From a bacterium (lineage in GTDB: Bacteria > Zhuqueibacterota > Zhuqueibacteria > Oceanimicrobiales > Oceanimicrobiaceae), in NCBI GenBank assembly GCA_046758365.1, contig JBHIAC010000071.1:1-16437 (forward strand): a stretch of DNA of 16,437 bases, written 5' to 3'. Under the pieces are notes generated by a model. That model was not told the DNA's origin. It saw nothing but the letters and a program-made list of their open reading frames with translations, and did no database searches. Shown here piece by piece: positions 1 to 7,990 of the stretch (its first letter is position 1; each line of letters opens with the position of its first letter). The translations under genes were made by a program, and so were the position numbers.

Positions 1-555
1 ATCAAAAAGGAGATTTACTTGAACAATTACTTAGTAGAAGCCGGCCTCCTAAAATTCCGAACTACACCTCCCAAGAGTTTAGATGACATGCACCCGGATT
101 CTATTGGATACAGTTTGATTCCAGGCCGAGTGTTTGTAAATTTACAGGGACGTGAGCCTAACGGCTCGGTGCCTCAAGAACAATACGAGGCAAGCAGAGA
201 AAAACTTTCAGAGGTTCTTCTTAATCTGAAAGAAAAGGATACGGGTGAGCCAATCATACGTGAAGTCATTAAGCGCGAAGATATTTATGAAGGGCAAAAT
301 TTTGAAGCGGCTGCCGACCTTATTGCCGTTCCTCATGATGGGTATGATCTTAAGGGAAATGTCAATAAAGGAGTATTTGGTGAAAAGGGAGCTTTGGTAG
401 GTATGCATACTTTCGAAGATTCTCTTTTATTTATCCGAAATAGAAACCTGACGAAGGGACATAATGAGTTTTGGGTTGGAGACCTAGCCCCAACTATTCT
501 AAAGATGATGGATATTCCAATTCCCAAAGATATGGATGGCGTAGCATTGGTGTAA
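1..555 (+). CDS. Alkaline-phosphatase-superfamily protein (type I phosphodiesterase/nucleotide pyrophosphatase-like, COG3379-like), C-terminal part, truncated at the window start
   Basis: Frame 1 is open from base 1 (IKKEIYLNNYL...), so the TTG at 19 is not the true start. Motifs VFVNLQGREPNGSVP..YE..RE.L, REDIYEG...AADL, GMH and DLAPTILKMMDIPIPKDMDG are typical of the C-terminal half of this family. Confidence 0.8.
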   Translation: MKKEIYLNNYLVEAGLLKFRTTPPKSLDDMHPDSIGYSLIPGRVFVNLQGREPNGSVPQEQYEASREKLSEVLLNLKEKDTGEPIIREVIKREDIYEGQNFEAAADLIAVPHDGYDLKGNVNKGVFGEKGALVGMHTFEDSLLFIRNRNLTKGHNEFWVGDLAPTILKMMDIPIPKDMDGVALV

Positions 556-570
556 CTGATAGAGACCGAT

Positions 571-590
571 AGTCAAACATTTGTTAGACT
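571..590 (+). terminator. Imperfect inverted repeat downstream of the AlkP gene (weak terminator or operator)
   Basis: AGTCAAACA-tt-TGTTAGACT, 8/9 pairs, 15 nt after the stop codon. Followed only by GTTT, with no strong U-tract. Confidence 0.3.
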
Positions 591-734
591 GTTTGCACTA
601 ACCCCGAATCAAAACAGTATTGATTTATGACTTTGCTGTAAAAAAATGTTCTCACTTAATCCCCACCTGCTTTTCATCGCTATGTTTAAATATTTGCACC
701 TAATTATCAGAAGAACCATATTTTAAAAATCCAA

Positions 735-759
735 TCTTTTTGCACCTACCTCATTTATT
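735..759 (+). repeat. 25-bp intergenic motif, copy 1 (candidate activator binding site)
   Basis: TCTTTTTGCACCTACCTCATTTATT is 23/25 identical to 12644-12668. Partial copies TTTGCACTA (592-600) and TTTGCACCTA (693-702) lie upstream. Confidence 0.75.
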
Positions 760-856
760 AAATAAGAATCCATTATTCAAAATTTGGCCATTCAACTATT
801 TAGAAAAATAAATCACCACTTTATCGAGATTTTTTAATTTCTGCATTTTTATTTTT

Positions 857-872
857 TGGTATAAATTTGGCA
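857..872 (+). promoter_or_regulatory. Putative sigma54 (-24/-12) promoter for the export/biosynthesis operon
   Basis: TGGTATAAATTTGGCA has GG at 858-859, exactly 10 nt, then GC at 870-871. It fits TGGYAY and has TG instead of TT before the GC. It lies about 45 nt upstream of the ATG at 918. Confidence 0.55.
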
Positions 873-882
873 TTATCTTTTT

Positions 883-896
883 AATTGAATTCAATT
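883..896. promoter_or_regulatory. Perfect 14-bp palindrome at the predicted transcription start
   Basis: AATTGAATTCAATT begins 12 nt downstream of the -12 GC. Confidence 0.3.
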
Positions 897-917
897 CAAA
901 TAGCGGAGCCATGAGAA

Positions 918-1436
918 ATGTTACTAATGTATATGAAATTAACTATTTATGTGTTGTGTGCAATAATCATATATTGCTCTCCTTTGAGACTCCTGTCTCA
1001 GGAAAGCACAAAAGAGGAGACCTTACGTAAGACCGGTGCGCAATACTATTTAGGGGCGAAAGATGAGCTTTTAATGAAGGTAAATATTTGGGGATTTGTA
1101 AAAAGTCCTGGTCAATATTTGGTTCCAGCCGATACGGATTTAATTTCATTGCTATCTTTTGCTGGCGGACCTGTGGAAGATGCCAAAATAAAAAAAATTA
1201 AGGTAATTCGGGCTATTGGACATAATGGAAATGGAATTCAAAGAACTGTAATAAATGTTAATGTTCAAAAATACATTGAAACAGGGGATGATCGTTTAAT
1301 TCCAGAACTTCATCCAGAAGACACCATTGTAGTGTCTGGGTCTACCATGCATTTTATAGGTAAATTTTTTGATTTTGCCTCAAAGCTTGCTGTCATTGCC
1401 CAAATTTATTTCCTGATAAAGGTAGCATCAAGATAA
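918..1436 (+). CDS. SLBB-domain polysaccharide export protein (short Wza/OPX-like)
   Basis: GGAG RBS at 905-908 and an N-terminal signal peptide. SLBB motif VNIWGFVKSPGQY...DLISLLSFAGG....A.IKKIKVIR, followed by L.PEDTIVV and a C-terminal amphipathic/hydrophobic helix. Directly upstream of wzc. Confidence 0.8.
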   Translation: MLLMYMKLTIYVLCAIIIYCSPLRLLSQESTKEETLRKTGAQYYLGAKDELLMKVNIWGFVKSPGQYLVPADTDLISLLSFAGGPVEDAKIKKIKVIRAIGHNGNGIQRTVINVNVQKYIETGDDRLIPELHPEDTIVVSGSTMHFIGKFFDFASKLAVIAQIYFLIKVASR

Positions 1437-1514
1437 ATTTCGGGGACTTGTTTAAGGATATATTAACTTGTTTAGTCAGTTCTAAATATAAAATTCATTC
1501 AATACGTTATTGTC

Positions 1515-3830
1515 ATGGAATTTAGAAAAGTTCACACATTGAGTTTGAATGATTTTTTACAAACCTTGTATCGAGGTCGAAAGATTATAGCCATTTCATT
1601 CTTTTCGGTTTTAATTGTCACTACCATTTTTATCTTTACGACCGATCCGGTATATGAGGCCACGGTGAAATTGTTGATAAAAGATGATTCCGCAATGACA
1701 GATGCCCTTTTTGGATTCTCTGATTTAGCATTCAGAGAGAAAAGAAATGAGATTTATAATCAAGTCGAGATATTAAAAAGTAGAACTCTGGCAGAAATCG
1801 TACTCAATAAAATATTAAATTCCGAATATGCTCATGAATTAGAAATTTTTGGAAATAGGAGCGATAAAAAGAATAATTCATTTGATTTTTTAACAAGTTT
1901 TTCTCGATTTTTTAACTTATTTAAATTCGAAAACAATGGAGGGTCTCAAGAAGAAAAAGACAGCGCAGAGATATTTGATGAAATTGTCGAGGAGTTGAGA
2001 GAAAGAATCAGTATTGAGCTCATTGACTACACAGACATGATATTGATTCAAATTAAGGCAGCTTCTCCTACCGAAGCGGCCTATATTGCTAACACATTAG
2101 CTTCTTCTTACTTAGAAAATAACCAGCTTGAAAGCCGGGAAGAGGTTAGACGGGTTAAAAATTTTTTGGAACAACAATTGGCCGTTGTAAAAAACAACTT
2201 GGTTCGTTCTGAAGAGGCTTTAAAAAATTATAAAGAGCGTGAGAAGGTAATCGCACTTCCTCAGGAAATTCAAGAATTAATTCAGAAATTGACTGAATTT
2301 GAAACTCTGTATAATGAAGCCTTTACAGACCTCAACTCTGCGCAAGAGCGACTCAGGTATATAGAAGAACAACTTGTTAAAAGTCGAGATAATTTTGATA
2401 TTGAAACGATTTCAATGAGTCCTTATCTCGAAGGGCTTAAAAAGAAAATGGCAGAAATTGAAGGCGCCCGAGCTATCTTTGTGGCCAATTTGGTAAACAG
2501 AGGGGTCTACAATCCTAATAGTGCCCAAATAAAACAATATGATCAACAAATTGCTGAATTAAAAGAAAAATTTAAAAGTGAAGTCACCAAATTGGCTTCC
2601 AAGGAAATTTTAGATCCAGTTAAACTTTCAGAATCTTTAATTGCACGTAAAATTGAAGTAGAGGCGGAAATTGCATCTCTTCACCCTAAAGTGCAGGCTT
2701 TGAAGAATCTTGTTGATGAGTATTCTGCTAAATTGGAGTCTTTGCCAAATTTAAGTCTAAATCTGGCACGATTGGCGCGGGCTGCTAAATTAGATGAAAA
2801 AATTTATCTAATGATGAAAGAAAAATATGAAGAAACAAGAATCAAAGAAGTCGGTCAACTTGGGAATGTTAGAATTATTGACTCTGCTAAGCCTCCCAAA
2901 TATCCCATTAAACCTAAAAAGACTTTAAACCTTATATTAGCCACTTTTATGGGATTAGGCTTGGGAGTCGCAATTACGTTTCTTTTAGATTTTATGGACA
3001 ATTCCGTTCGAGGTGTTGAAGAGATAGAACGATTGGGTCTACCTGTGCTTAGTTCCATTTCTGTTATTAAAGAGGACGGAAATTCTCCTAAAAAAAGGCG
3101 AAATAGTAAAGTTGATGTTGAAGAGCGGCAATATAATCATAATGGAGCTCAATTGATTACTCAATTTGCTCCTAAATCTCCAATTTCTGAGGCCTTTCGG
3201 GCATTTCGAACAAGTATTCGATATTCAAAGGTTGATGAACCCTTAAAAAGCATTTTGGTAACCAGCCCAGGAATAGGAGAAGGTAAAACGACTTCTGTGG
3301 CAAATTTGGCTATAACCATAGCTCAACAAGGGAGTAAAGTTTTATTGGTGGATGCGGACTTAAGACGACCCATTCTTCATTCAATTTTTAATGTAGACAA
3401 AAAGAACGGTTTAACTAATCGTCTTGTGGGAAGAATTAGTACAAAGGAAGCCATTAATAAGACAGCGGTAGAAAATTTGTTTTTAATACCATGCGGCATA
3501 ATTCCACCAAATCCTTCGGAGCTTTTAGGGTCTGAGGCTATGAAAAATTTGATTGATGAGCTCAATTTGCAATTTGATATGATTCTTTTTGACAGTCCCC
3601 CAATTATTGCCGTAACAGACCCTGTTGTTTTAAGTTCCATGGTGGATGGTGCAGTGTTGGTGGTTAAAGCTGGGCTGACCAATCGAAAAGCAATCTTGAG
3701 GAGTTTTACTCTTCTTAAAAATGTTAACTCCCAAGTTTTGGGTGTGTTGCTTAATTGTGTTCCGATTGACGGCGTGAATGGTTCCTACTATTACGCCTAT
3801 CAATATCATTACTATGATAATAATGGATAA
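1515..3830 (+). CDS. wzc: Polysaccharide co-polymerase / BY tyrosine autokinase (PCP-2a)
   Basis: Two TM helices flank a long coiled-coil region with a GNVR motif. Walker A SPGIGEGKTT, Walker A' VLLVDADLRRP, Walker B ILFDSPP, PPNPSELL, and a C-terminal Tyr cluster YYYAYQYHYY. Confidence 0.95.
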   Translation: MEFRKVHTLSLNDFLQTLYRGRKIIAISFFSVLIVTTIFIFTTDPVYEATVKLLIKDDSAMTDALFGFSDLAFREKRNEIYNQVEILKSRTLAEIVLNKILNSEYAHELEIFGNRSDKKNNSFDFLTSFSRFFNLFKFENNGGSQEEKDSAEIFDEIVEELRERISIELIDYTDMILIQIKAASPTEAAYIANTLASSYLENNQLESREEVRRVKNFLEQQLAVVKNNLVRSEEALKNYKEREKVIALPQEIQELIQKLTEFETLYNEAFTDLNSAQERLRYIEEQLVKSRDNFDIETISMSPYLEGLKKKMAEIEGARAIFVANLVNRGVYNPNSAQIKQYDQQIAELKEKFKSEVTKLASKEILDPVKLSESLIARKIEVEAEIASLHPKVQALKNLVDEYSAKLESLPNLSLNLARLARAAKLDEKIYLMMKEKYEETRIKEVGQLGNVRIIDSAKPPKYPIKPKKTLNLILATFMGLGLGVAITFLLDFMDNSVRGVEEIERLGLPVLSSISVIKEDGNSPKKRRNSKVDVEERQYNHNGAQLITQFAPKSPISEAFRAFRTSIRYSKVDEPLKSILVTSPGIGEGKTTSVANLAITIAQQGSKVLLVDADLRRPILHSIFNVDKKNGLTNRLVGRISTKEAINKTAVENLFLIPCGIIPPNPSELLGSEAMKNLIDELNLQFDMILFDSPPIIAVTDPVVLSSMVDGAVLVVKAGLTNRKAILRSFTLLKNVNSQVLGVLLNCVPIDGVNGSYYYAYQYHYYDNNG

Positions 3831-3887
3831 AAGCGAAGCAAAAATAGTACTGTTGTTTGAATCGCTTCCTATTTAACATCAAAGATT

Positions 3888-5342
3888 ATGCCCAGGGTTG
3901 TACCTTTTTTTCGAGATTTCATTTTCTACATTCCTGCAAATTTAGTTACCGCGTTTGGTACTCTGATTACAATCATAATAGTTACAAATATTTTTGAACC
4001 CACCAATTTTGGAATATATATTCTTTTTTTAAATGGTACCAATCTTTGCACCATACTGTTTTCTCGTTGGTTACAACAGAGTGTAATTCGTTTTCTCCCC
4101 GAGACCAAAACTCAAGGCAAACTTGAAAGTTTTCAATCACAAGTGTTACAGTTGTTAATTATTATCTCCCTCATAATTGTTGTAATGAGTTTAATGTTTT
4201 TGTTCCCCGTAGATTATTTTAACGAGCATTTTACGTTATTAACAGTATGCGTTCTTTATGGTATTTCTTCAATCTGGTTCAATAGTGTTCTTTCATTTTA
4301 TCAAGCGTCCTTAAGTTCAAAAGAATTCACAACATTCAACATTTACAATTCGGTTTTACAATTATTGTTTGTTTTGTTCTTTATTTTTCTAATCAAGCCT
4401 TTGATTGTATTTCTATTTCTTAGTCCATTTCTTTCCCAAACAATTTTAGTTTTAATTATAATTAACAAAGATAGAATTAAGGTTTTTAATTATAATATAG
4501 ATTGGTCACTTATAAAGTCATTTTTGTTTTATGGATTTCCATTAGTGGGTTGGTTTTTAGCTTCACAAATCCTGTCCGTTTCAGATCGCTATGTAATCTC
4601 GTACTTTCGGGGTAATTCAGAAGTTGGTATTTATTCAGCGACTTATTCAATTATTAATCGAGGATTAGGTCTTTTTTTTTCTCCTATGTTAATGGCGGCA
4701 CATCCATTATTAATAAACAAATGGGAAAATAGTGGACGCCAAAATACACAACGCATGACGGTTGAATTGATACGATATTTCATAATATTCGCATTGCCCA
4801 TTGTCATTTTGTTTTTCCTTTTGGGAAAGTATATTGTAACTGTTCTGCTTGGTACGAATTATGAAAGTGGCTATATTCTGGTACCTATTTTGACGCTTGG
4901 CTTTTTTATTTGGCATTTGAGTATGTATTTGCAGAAGGGAATAGAGCTTTCACATCGAACTTATATAATGTTAATTTTACTTATCATAATCGCAGGTTTA
5001 AATCTGTTGGCAAATTTTTTGATTGTGCCTAAATTTGGTATGCTGGGGGCGTCATATACAACCACTTTTTCTTATTTATTTTATGCTATTGGAATATTTA
5101 TCACTTCATCAAAATATTTAACAATTAGATTAAAATTTTCATTTTTTGTTAAGCTATGCATAATAGGTGTAGCACTTGTGATTTTCTATAAAATTTTTCA
5201 CGCAATCGTGCAAATTAGTCCTACGAAATGGCTGTTTCTAATACCCATTCCCTTTTTGATAATCTATGGGATATTGTTGAAATTATTTGGTGAAATAAGT
5301 TACAAAAATATTCGAAAACGGATATTTGAACAATGCATTTAG
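3888..5342 (+). CDS. wzx: Oligosaccharide flippase (MOP/PST family)
   Basis: 484-aa polytopic membrane protein with motifs FGIY, YGFPL...SQILSVSDRYVISYFRGNSEVGIYS and LIVPKFGMLGASYTT. Confidence 0.9.
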   Translation: MPRVVPFFRDFIFYIPANLVTAFGTLITIIIVTNIFEPTNFGIYILFLNGTNLCTILFSRWLQQSVIRFLPETKTQGKLESFQSQVLQLLIIISLIIVVMSLMFLFPVDYFNEHFTLLTVCVLYGISSIWFNSVLSFYQASLSSKEFTTFNIYNSVLQLLFVLFFIFLIKPLIVFLFLSPFLSQTILVLIIINKDRIKVFNYNIDWSLIKSFLFYGFPLVGWFLASQILSVSDRYVISYFRGNSEVGIYSATYSIINRGLGLFFSPMLMAAHPLLINKWENSGRQNTQRMTVELIRYFIIFALPIVILFFLLGKYIVTVLLGTNYESGYILVPILTLGFFIWHLSMYLQKGIELSHRTYIMLILLIIIAGLNLLANFLIVPKFGMLGASYTTTFSYLFYAIGIFITSSKYLTIRLKFSFFVKLCIIGVALVIFYKIFHAIVQISPTKWLFLIPIPFLIIYGILLKLFGEISYKNIRKRIFEQCI

Positions 5343-6751
5343 AACATAGCGAAGATTATTTTATTTCAATTCCAAAAGGGGTCACTCTGGCGGTAGTATT
5401 AATATCTTCTACAATTGTAGCTTATATAATTTCTTACCATACTAAATTCTTACCTCTATTCATTATACTAGTATTAAGTATTTACTTTTTACGATTATCC
5501 TATTTAGCTATTTTCCCATTTGTTTTCGCAGCCTTTATATCGTCAGACTACATAATTCAATTCAGAATTTCAACTGCATGGGGATTATTACATCCATCAA
5601 TAATAATAATCTTTTTTACTATTATTTTAACATTTTTTCAAAAATATATTTCTAAATCTCCATCTTTTACCTTCCCAAAACTTGTTCTAATCTCTTTTCT
5701 TATGTTTAGTCTTTCTTTAGGATTCACTGTATTGCTGAATGGTCCTGATTTAGATGCTTTGATGTGGCTATCTATCCTTTTGTTAGGAAGTGGAGGTGTA
5801 TACTTTATTGCTGCGAATCATAATAGCCAGCGCCTTGATGGTGTGGTACTTTTAAAAATCGTTTGTGGTGTGGCTACAATAATATCCATTTTAGCTATTA
5901 TTGAATATCTCATTGGTTATAATCCTTATTCTGAACTGTACCTTTCCAATCGCCACTGGTATTCTAGAAATCTTTTAGATGGAAAATTTTACGGTCGTCT
6001 AATACGAGTTATATCCACTGTGGGACACCCCTTAGTTTTATCATCTTTTCTTTTATTGATTCTTCCTGTAACTTTACATTTTACATTTCGAGCAGAAAGA
6101 AAATTGTTTTGGATTTTATCTTCTGGAATTCAATATCTTGGAATTTTTGTCACGTTTTCAAGATCTGCTTACTTATTTGGAGGTTTATTATTATTGGTTT
6201 ATCTCATCCGATTTAAAGTAATTAGCTTTAAACGTCTGATATCCGTAATGGGGTTTTTAACTTTATCGTTCTTAATTGGCTATGTTTTGCTTTATAAATT
6301 TGGAGTCATCGATGCATTTCTGGACAGGATTTCTTTACAAACAGCCAAAGAATCTATCCTATTCAGACTGAAAGGATTGTTTTTGGCAAGTCATTTCATT
6401 TCTGGAAACCCCTTCTTTGGAGTTGGGGTTAGACAATTACCAATTTTTATAAATAAAGATTTACCATTCTTTCCTCTTACAACCTTTGATAACACGTTTC
6501 TTGACCTGTTTTGCGAAATTGGAATACTTGGTCTTGGTTCCTACATTTTTTTTATTTTATCGCCTATCTTATGTGTCCAAATTTCTAATAAAAGTAAATT
6601 TGATTTTTTTCTACCTTTAATTATTTTCTTAGCAATGATATATTTATCTTTTCTATTTAATTTAGTTTACCACCAAATTATTTGGATCACTTATTGGTCC
6701 CTTCAAGGGCTATTCTTGATGATTCGAACAAGAAGCTCCAATGAAATTTGA
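5333..6751 (+). CDS. wzy: O-antigen polymerase/ligase family protein (probable Wzy)
   Basis: Polytopic 472-aa protein with Wzy_C/WaaL motifs RVISTVGHP, TFSRSA, S...R, NPFFGVG and DNTFLDLFCEIGILGL (FDN where HN is usual). Overlaps wzx by 10 nt. Confidence 0.8.
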   Translation: MHLEHSEDYFISIPKGVTLAVVLISSTIVAYIISYHTKFLPLFIILVLSIYFLRLSYLAIFPFVFAAFISSDYIIQFRISTAWGLLHPSIIIIFFTIILTFFQKYISKSPSFTFPKLVLISFLMFSLSLGFTVLLNGPDLDALMWLSILLLGSGGVYFIAANHNSQRLDGVVLLKIVCGVATIISILAIIEYLIGYNPYSELYLSNRHWYSRNLLDGKFYGRLIRVISTVGHPLVLSSFLLLILPVTLHFTFRAERKLFWILSSGIQYLGIFVTFSRSAYLFGGLLLLVYLIRFKVISFKRLISVMGFLTLSFLIGYVLLYKFGVIDAFLDRISLQTAKESILFRLKGLFLASHFISGNPFFGVGVRQLPIFINKDLPFFPLTTFDNTFLDLFCEIGILGLGSYIFFILSPILCVQISNKSKFDFFLPLIIFLAMIYLSFLFNLVYHQIIWITYWSLQGLFLMIRTRSSNEI

Positions 6752-7703
6752 ATTTAACATGGCTCAAGTTTCTGTAATAATTCCTTTGTATAACGGGAGC
6801 CAAACTATTTCTTCGGCTATCCAAAGTGTAAGAGATCAAACTTTCAAGGATCTTGAGCTTTTGTTAGTGGATGACGCATCAACCGATGGCTCGCTAAAAG
6901 AAGTTGAACACCACCTCACAGACCAACGAGTTAGGCTATTTAGAAATACTCGAAATCTTGGTATTCCTGCCACAAAAAATAAAGCACTTAGGATGGCTAA
7001 AGGCCCGTACATTGCTTTTCTGGATCAAGACGATATCTGGCTACCCAACAAAATAGAAACCCAACTATCTATTTTAGAGCAGCAGGACAAAATTGGGTTG
7101 ATTGCCTCCGCAGTTTATTTTATTAACAAACATGGACAAGTAATAGGTAAAAAGGTATTAGATATTCAAGAGGCCCAACCACCATTACAGGTCAAACGTT
7201 TGCTTTTGGGTAATTTTATTACGAACTCTTCCGCAATGGTTAGAAGAAGCTGTATTGATAAGATTGGCTATTTCAATGAAAATTTACGTGGCTCAGATGA
7301 CTACGATATGTGGGTTAGAATTGCAGAGTATTATGGGATTTATTATTTGAAAAGAATATTAATTAAAAAAAGAATACATAGCTCTAATTTTTCGGAAAAA
7401 AATATTCATTCTATGATGATAGATAAATTAACTACCATTTATTCCACAATAAAAAGAAATCCATATCTTGCGGATGAATTGAGAAATTTTAGTGGAAATG
7501 TCTATCGTTCAACCGCTATTAAATATGCTGTTAGCGGTCAGAATGTAAAAGCTAAAAAGCATTTTTTACTTGCGTTTAAATCAGGGAATCGTTCATTCGT
7601 TACATTGGCAGGTTATATTTTATCATTTTTATCTCCTTGGATTCTTTCAAAAATTACATACTTAGGTCAGTTCACGAAGCGTCGCTTTGGTTTCAACTTG
7701 TGA
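6741..7703 (+). CDS. Glycosyltransferase family 2
   Basis: VSVIIPLYN, VDDASTD, YIAFLDQDD.W.P.K and SDDYDMW motifs. Alternative start at ATG 6759. Confidence 0.92.
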   Translation: MKFEFNMAQVSVIIPLYNGSQTISSAIQSVRDQTFKDLELLLVDDASTDGSLKEVEHHLTDQRVRLFRNTRNLGIPATKNKALRMAKGPYIAFLDQDDIWLPNKIETQLSILEQQDKIGLIASAVYFINKHGQVIGKKVLDIQEAQPPLQVKRLLLGNFITNSSAMVRRSCIDKIGYFNENLRGSDDYDMWVRIAEYYGIYYLKRILIKKRIHSSNFSEKNIHSMMIDKLTTIYSTIKRNPYLADELRNFSGNVYRSTAIKYAVSGQNVKAKKHFLLAFKSGNRSFVTLAGYILSFLSPWILSKITYLGQFTKRRFGFNL

Positions 7704-7712
7704 TGAAATAGC

Positions 7713-7725
7713 GCGGCGAAGCCGC
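7713..7725. repeat. GC-rich mini-hairpin GCGGC-GAA-GCCGC
   Basis: Perfect 5-bp stem with a GAA loop, 9 nt after the stop codon, in an AT-rich context. No U-tract follows. Confidence 0.5.
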
Positions 7726-7763
7726 ATGTAAAATTAAGACAAAGATTACAAATCCTAATGGAA

Positions 7764-7909
7764 CCCAACGGATAGATGCTGCTAACAGATAAAAGTCCAA
7801 CTCTGATTGTACGAATTGGTTACCTGAACAGTGCAATGAGATGCTTTTGGACGATGCGCTATTCGAAAATAATTTTCAAAATATTCATTGACTGCATTAA
7901 TCCGTTGGG
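7764..7909. mobile_element. 146-bp element bounded by inverted repeats (MITE-like or attC-like)
   Basis: CCCAACGGATAGATGC (7764-7779) matches the reverse complement of GCATTAATCCGTTGGG (7894-7909) at 14/16. Additional internal stems are present. No convincing target-site duplication. Confidence 0.5.
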
Positions 7910-7990
7910 AAATATTTTAGTAATCAATTTTCTTGCAAGAGAATCAAAAATTTGATTGATAATATAAACTATTTTTAAAGACGACCTGTT

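Noticed and set aside
735..759. 25-bp repeat or CAGGA repeats as a CRISPR array
   Set aside because: There is no regular repeat-spacer periodicity and no cas genes. The two 25-bp copies are 12 kb apart.
911..1030. Out-of-frame 39-codon ORF starting at ATG 911
   Set aside because: The GGAG is only 2 nt from this ATG but 9 nt from ATG 918, and the ORF overlaps the SLBB gene with no recognisable product.
4672..4680. T9 tract in wzx (also A8 at 1190-1197 and T8 at 6546-6553) as phase-variation sites
   Set aside because: The frames are intact, and such runs are expected in AT-rich genes rich in Phe or Lys. There is no evidence of slippage.
7776..7955. 59-aa ORF (MLLTDKSPTLIVRIG...) in the GT2-GT2 spacer
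   Set aside because: No convincing RBS or motif. It runs through the inverted-repeat element and is likely incidental.
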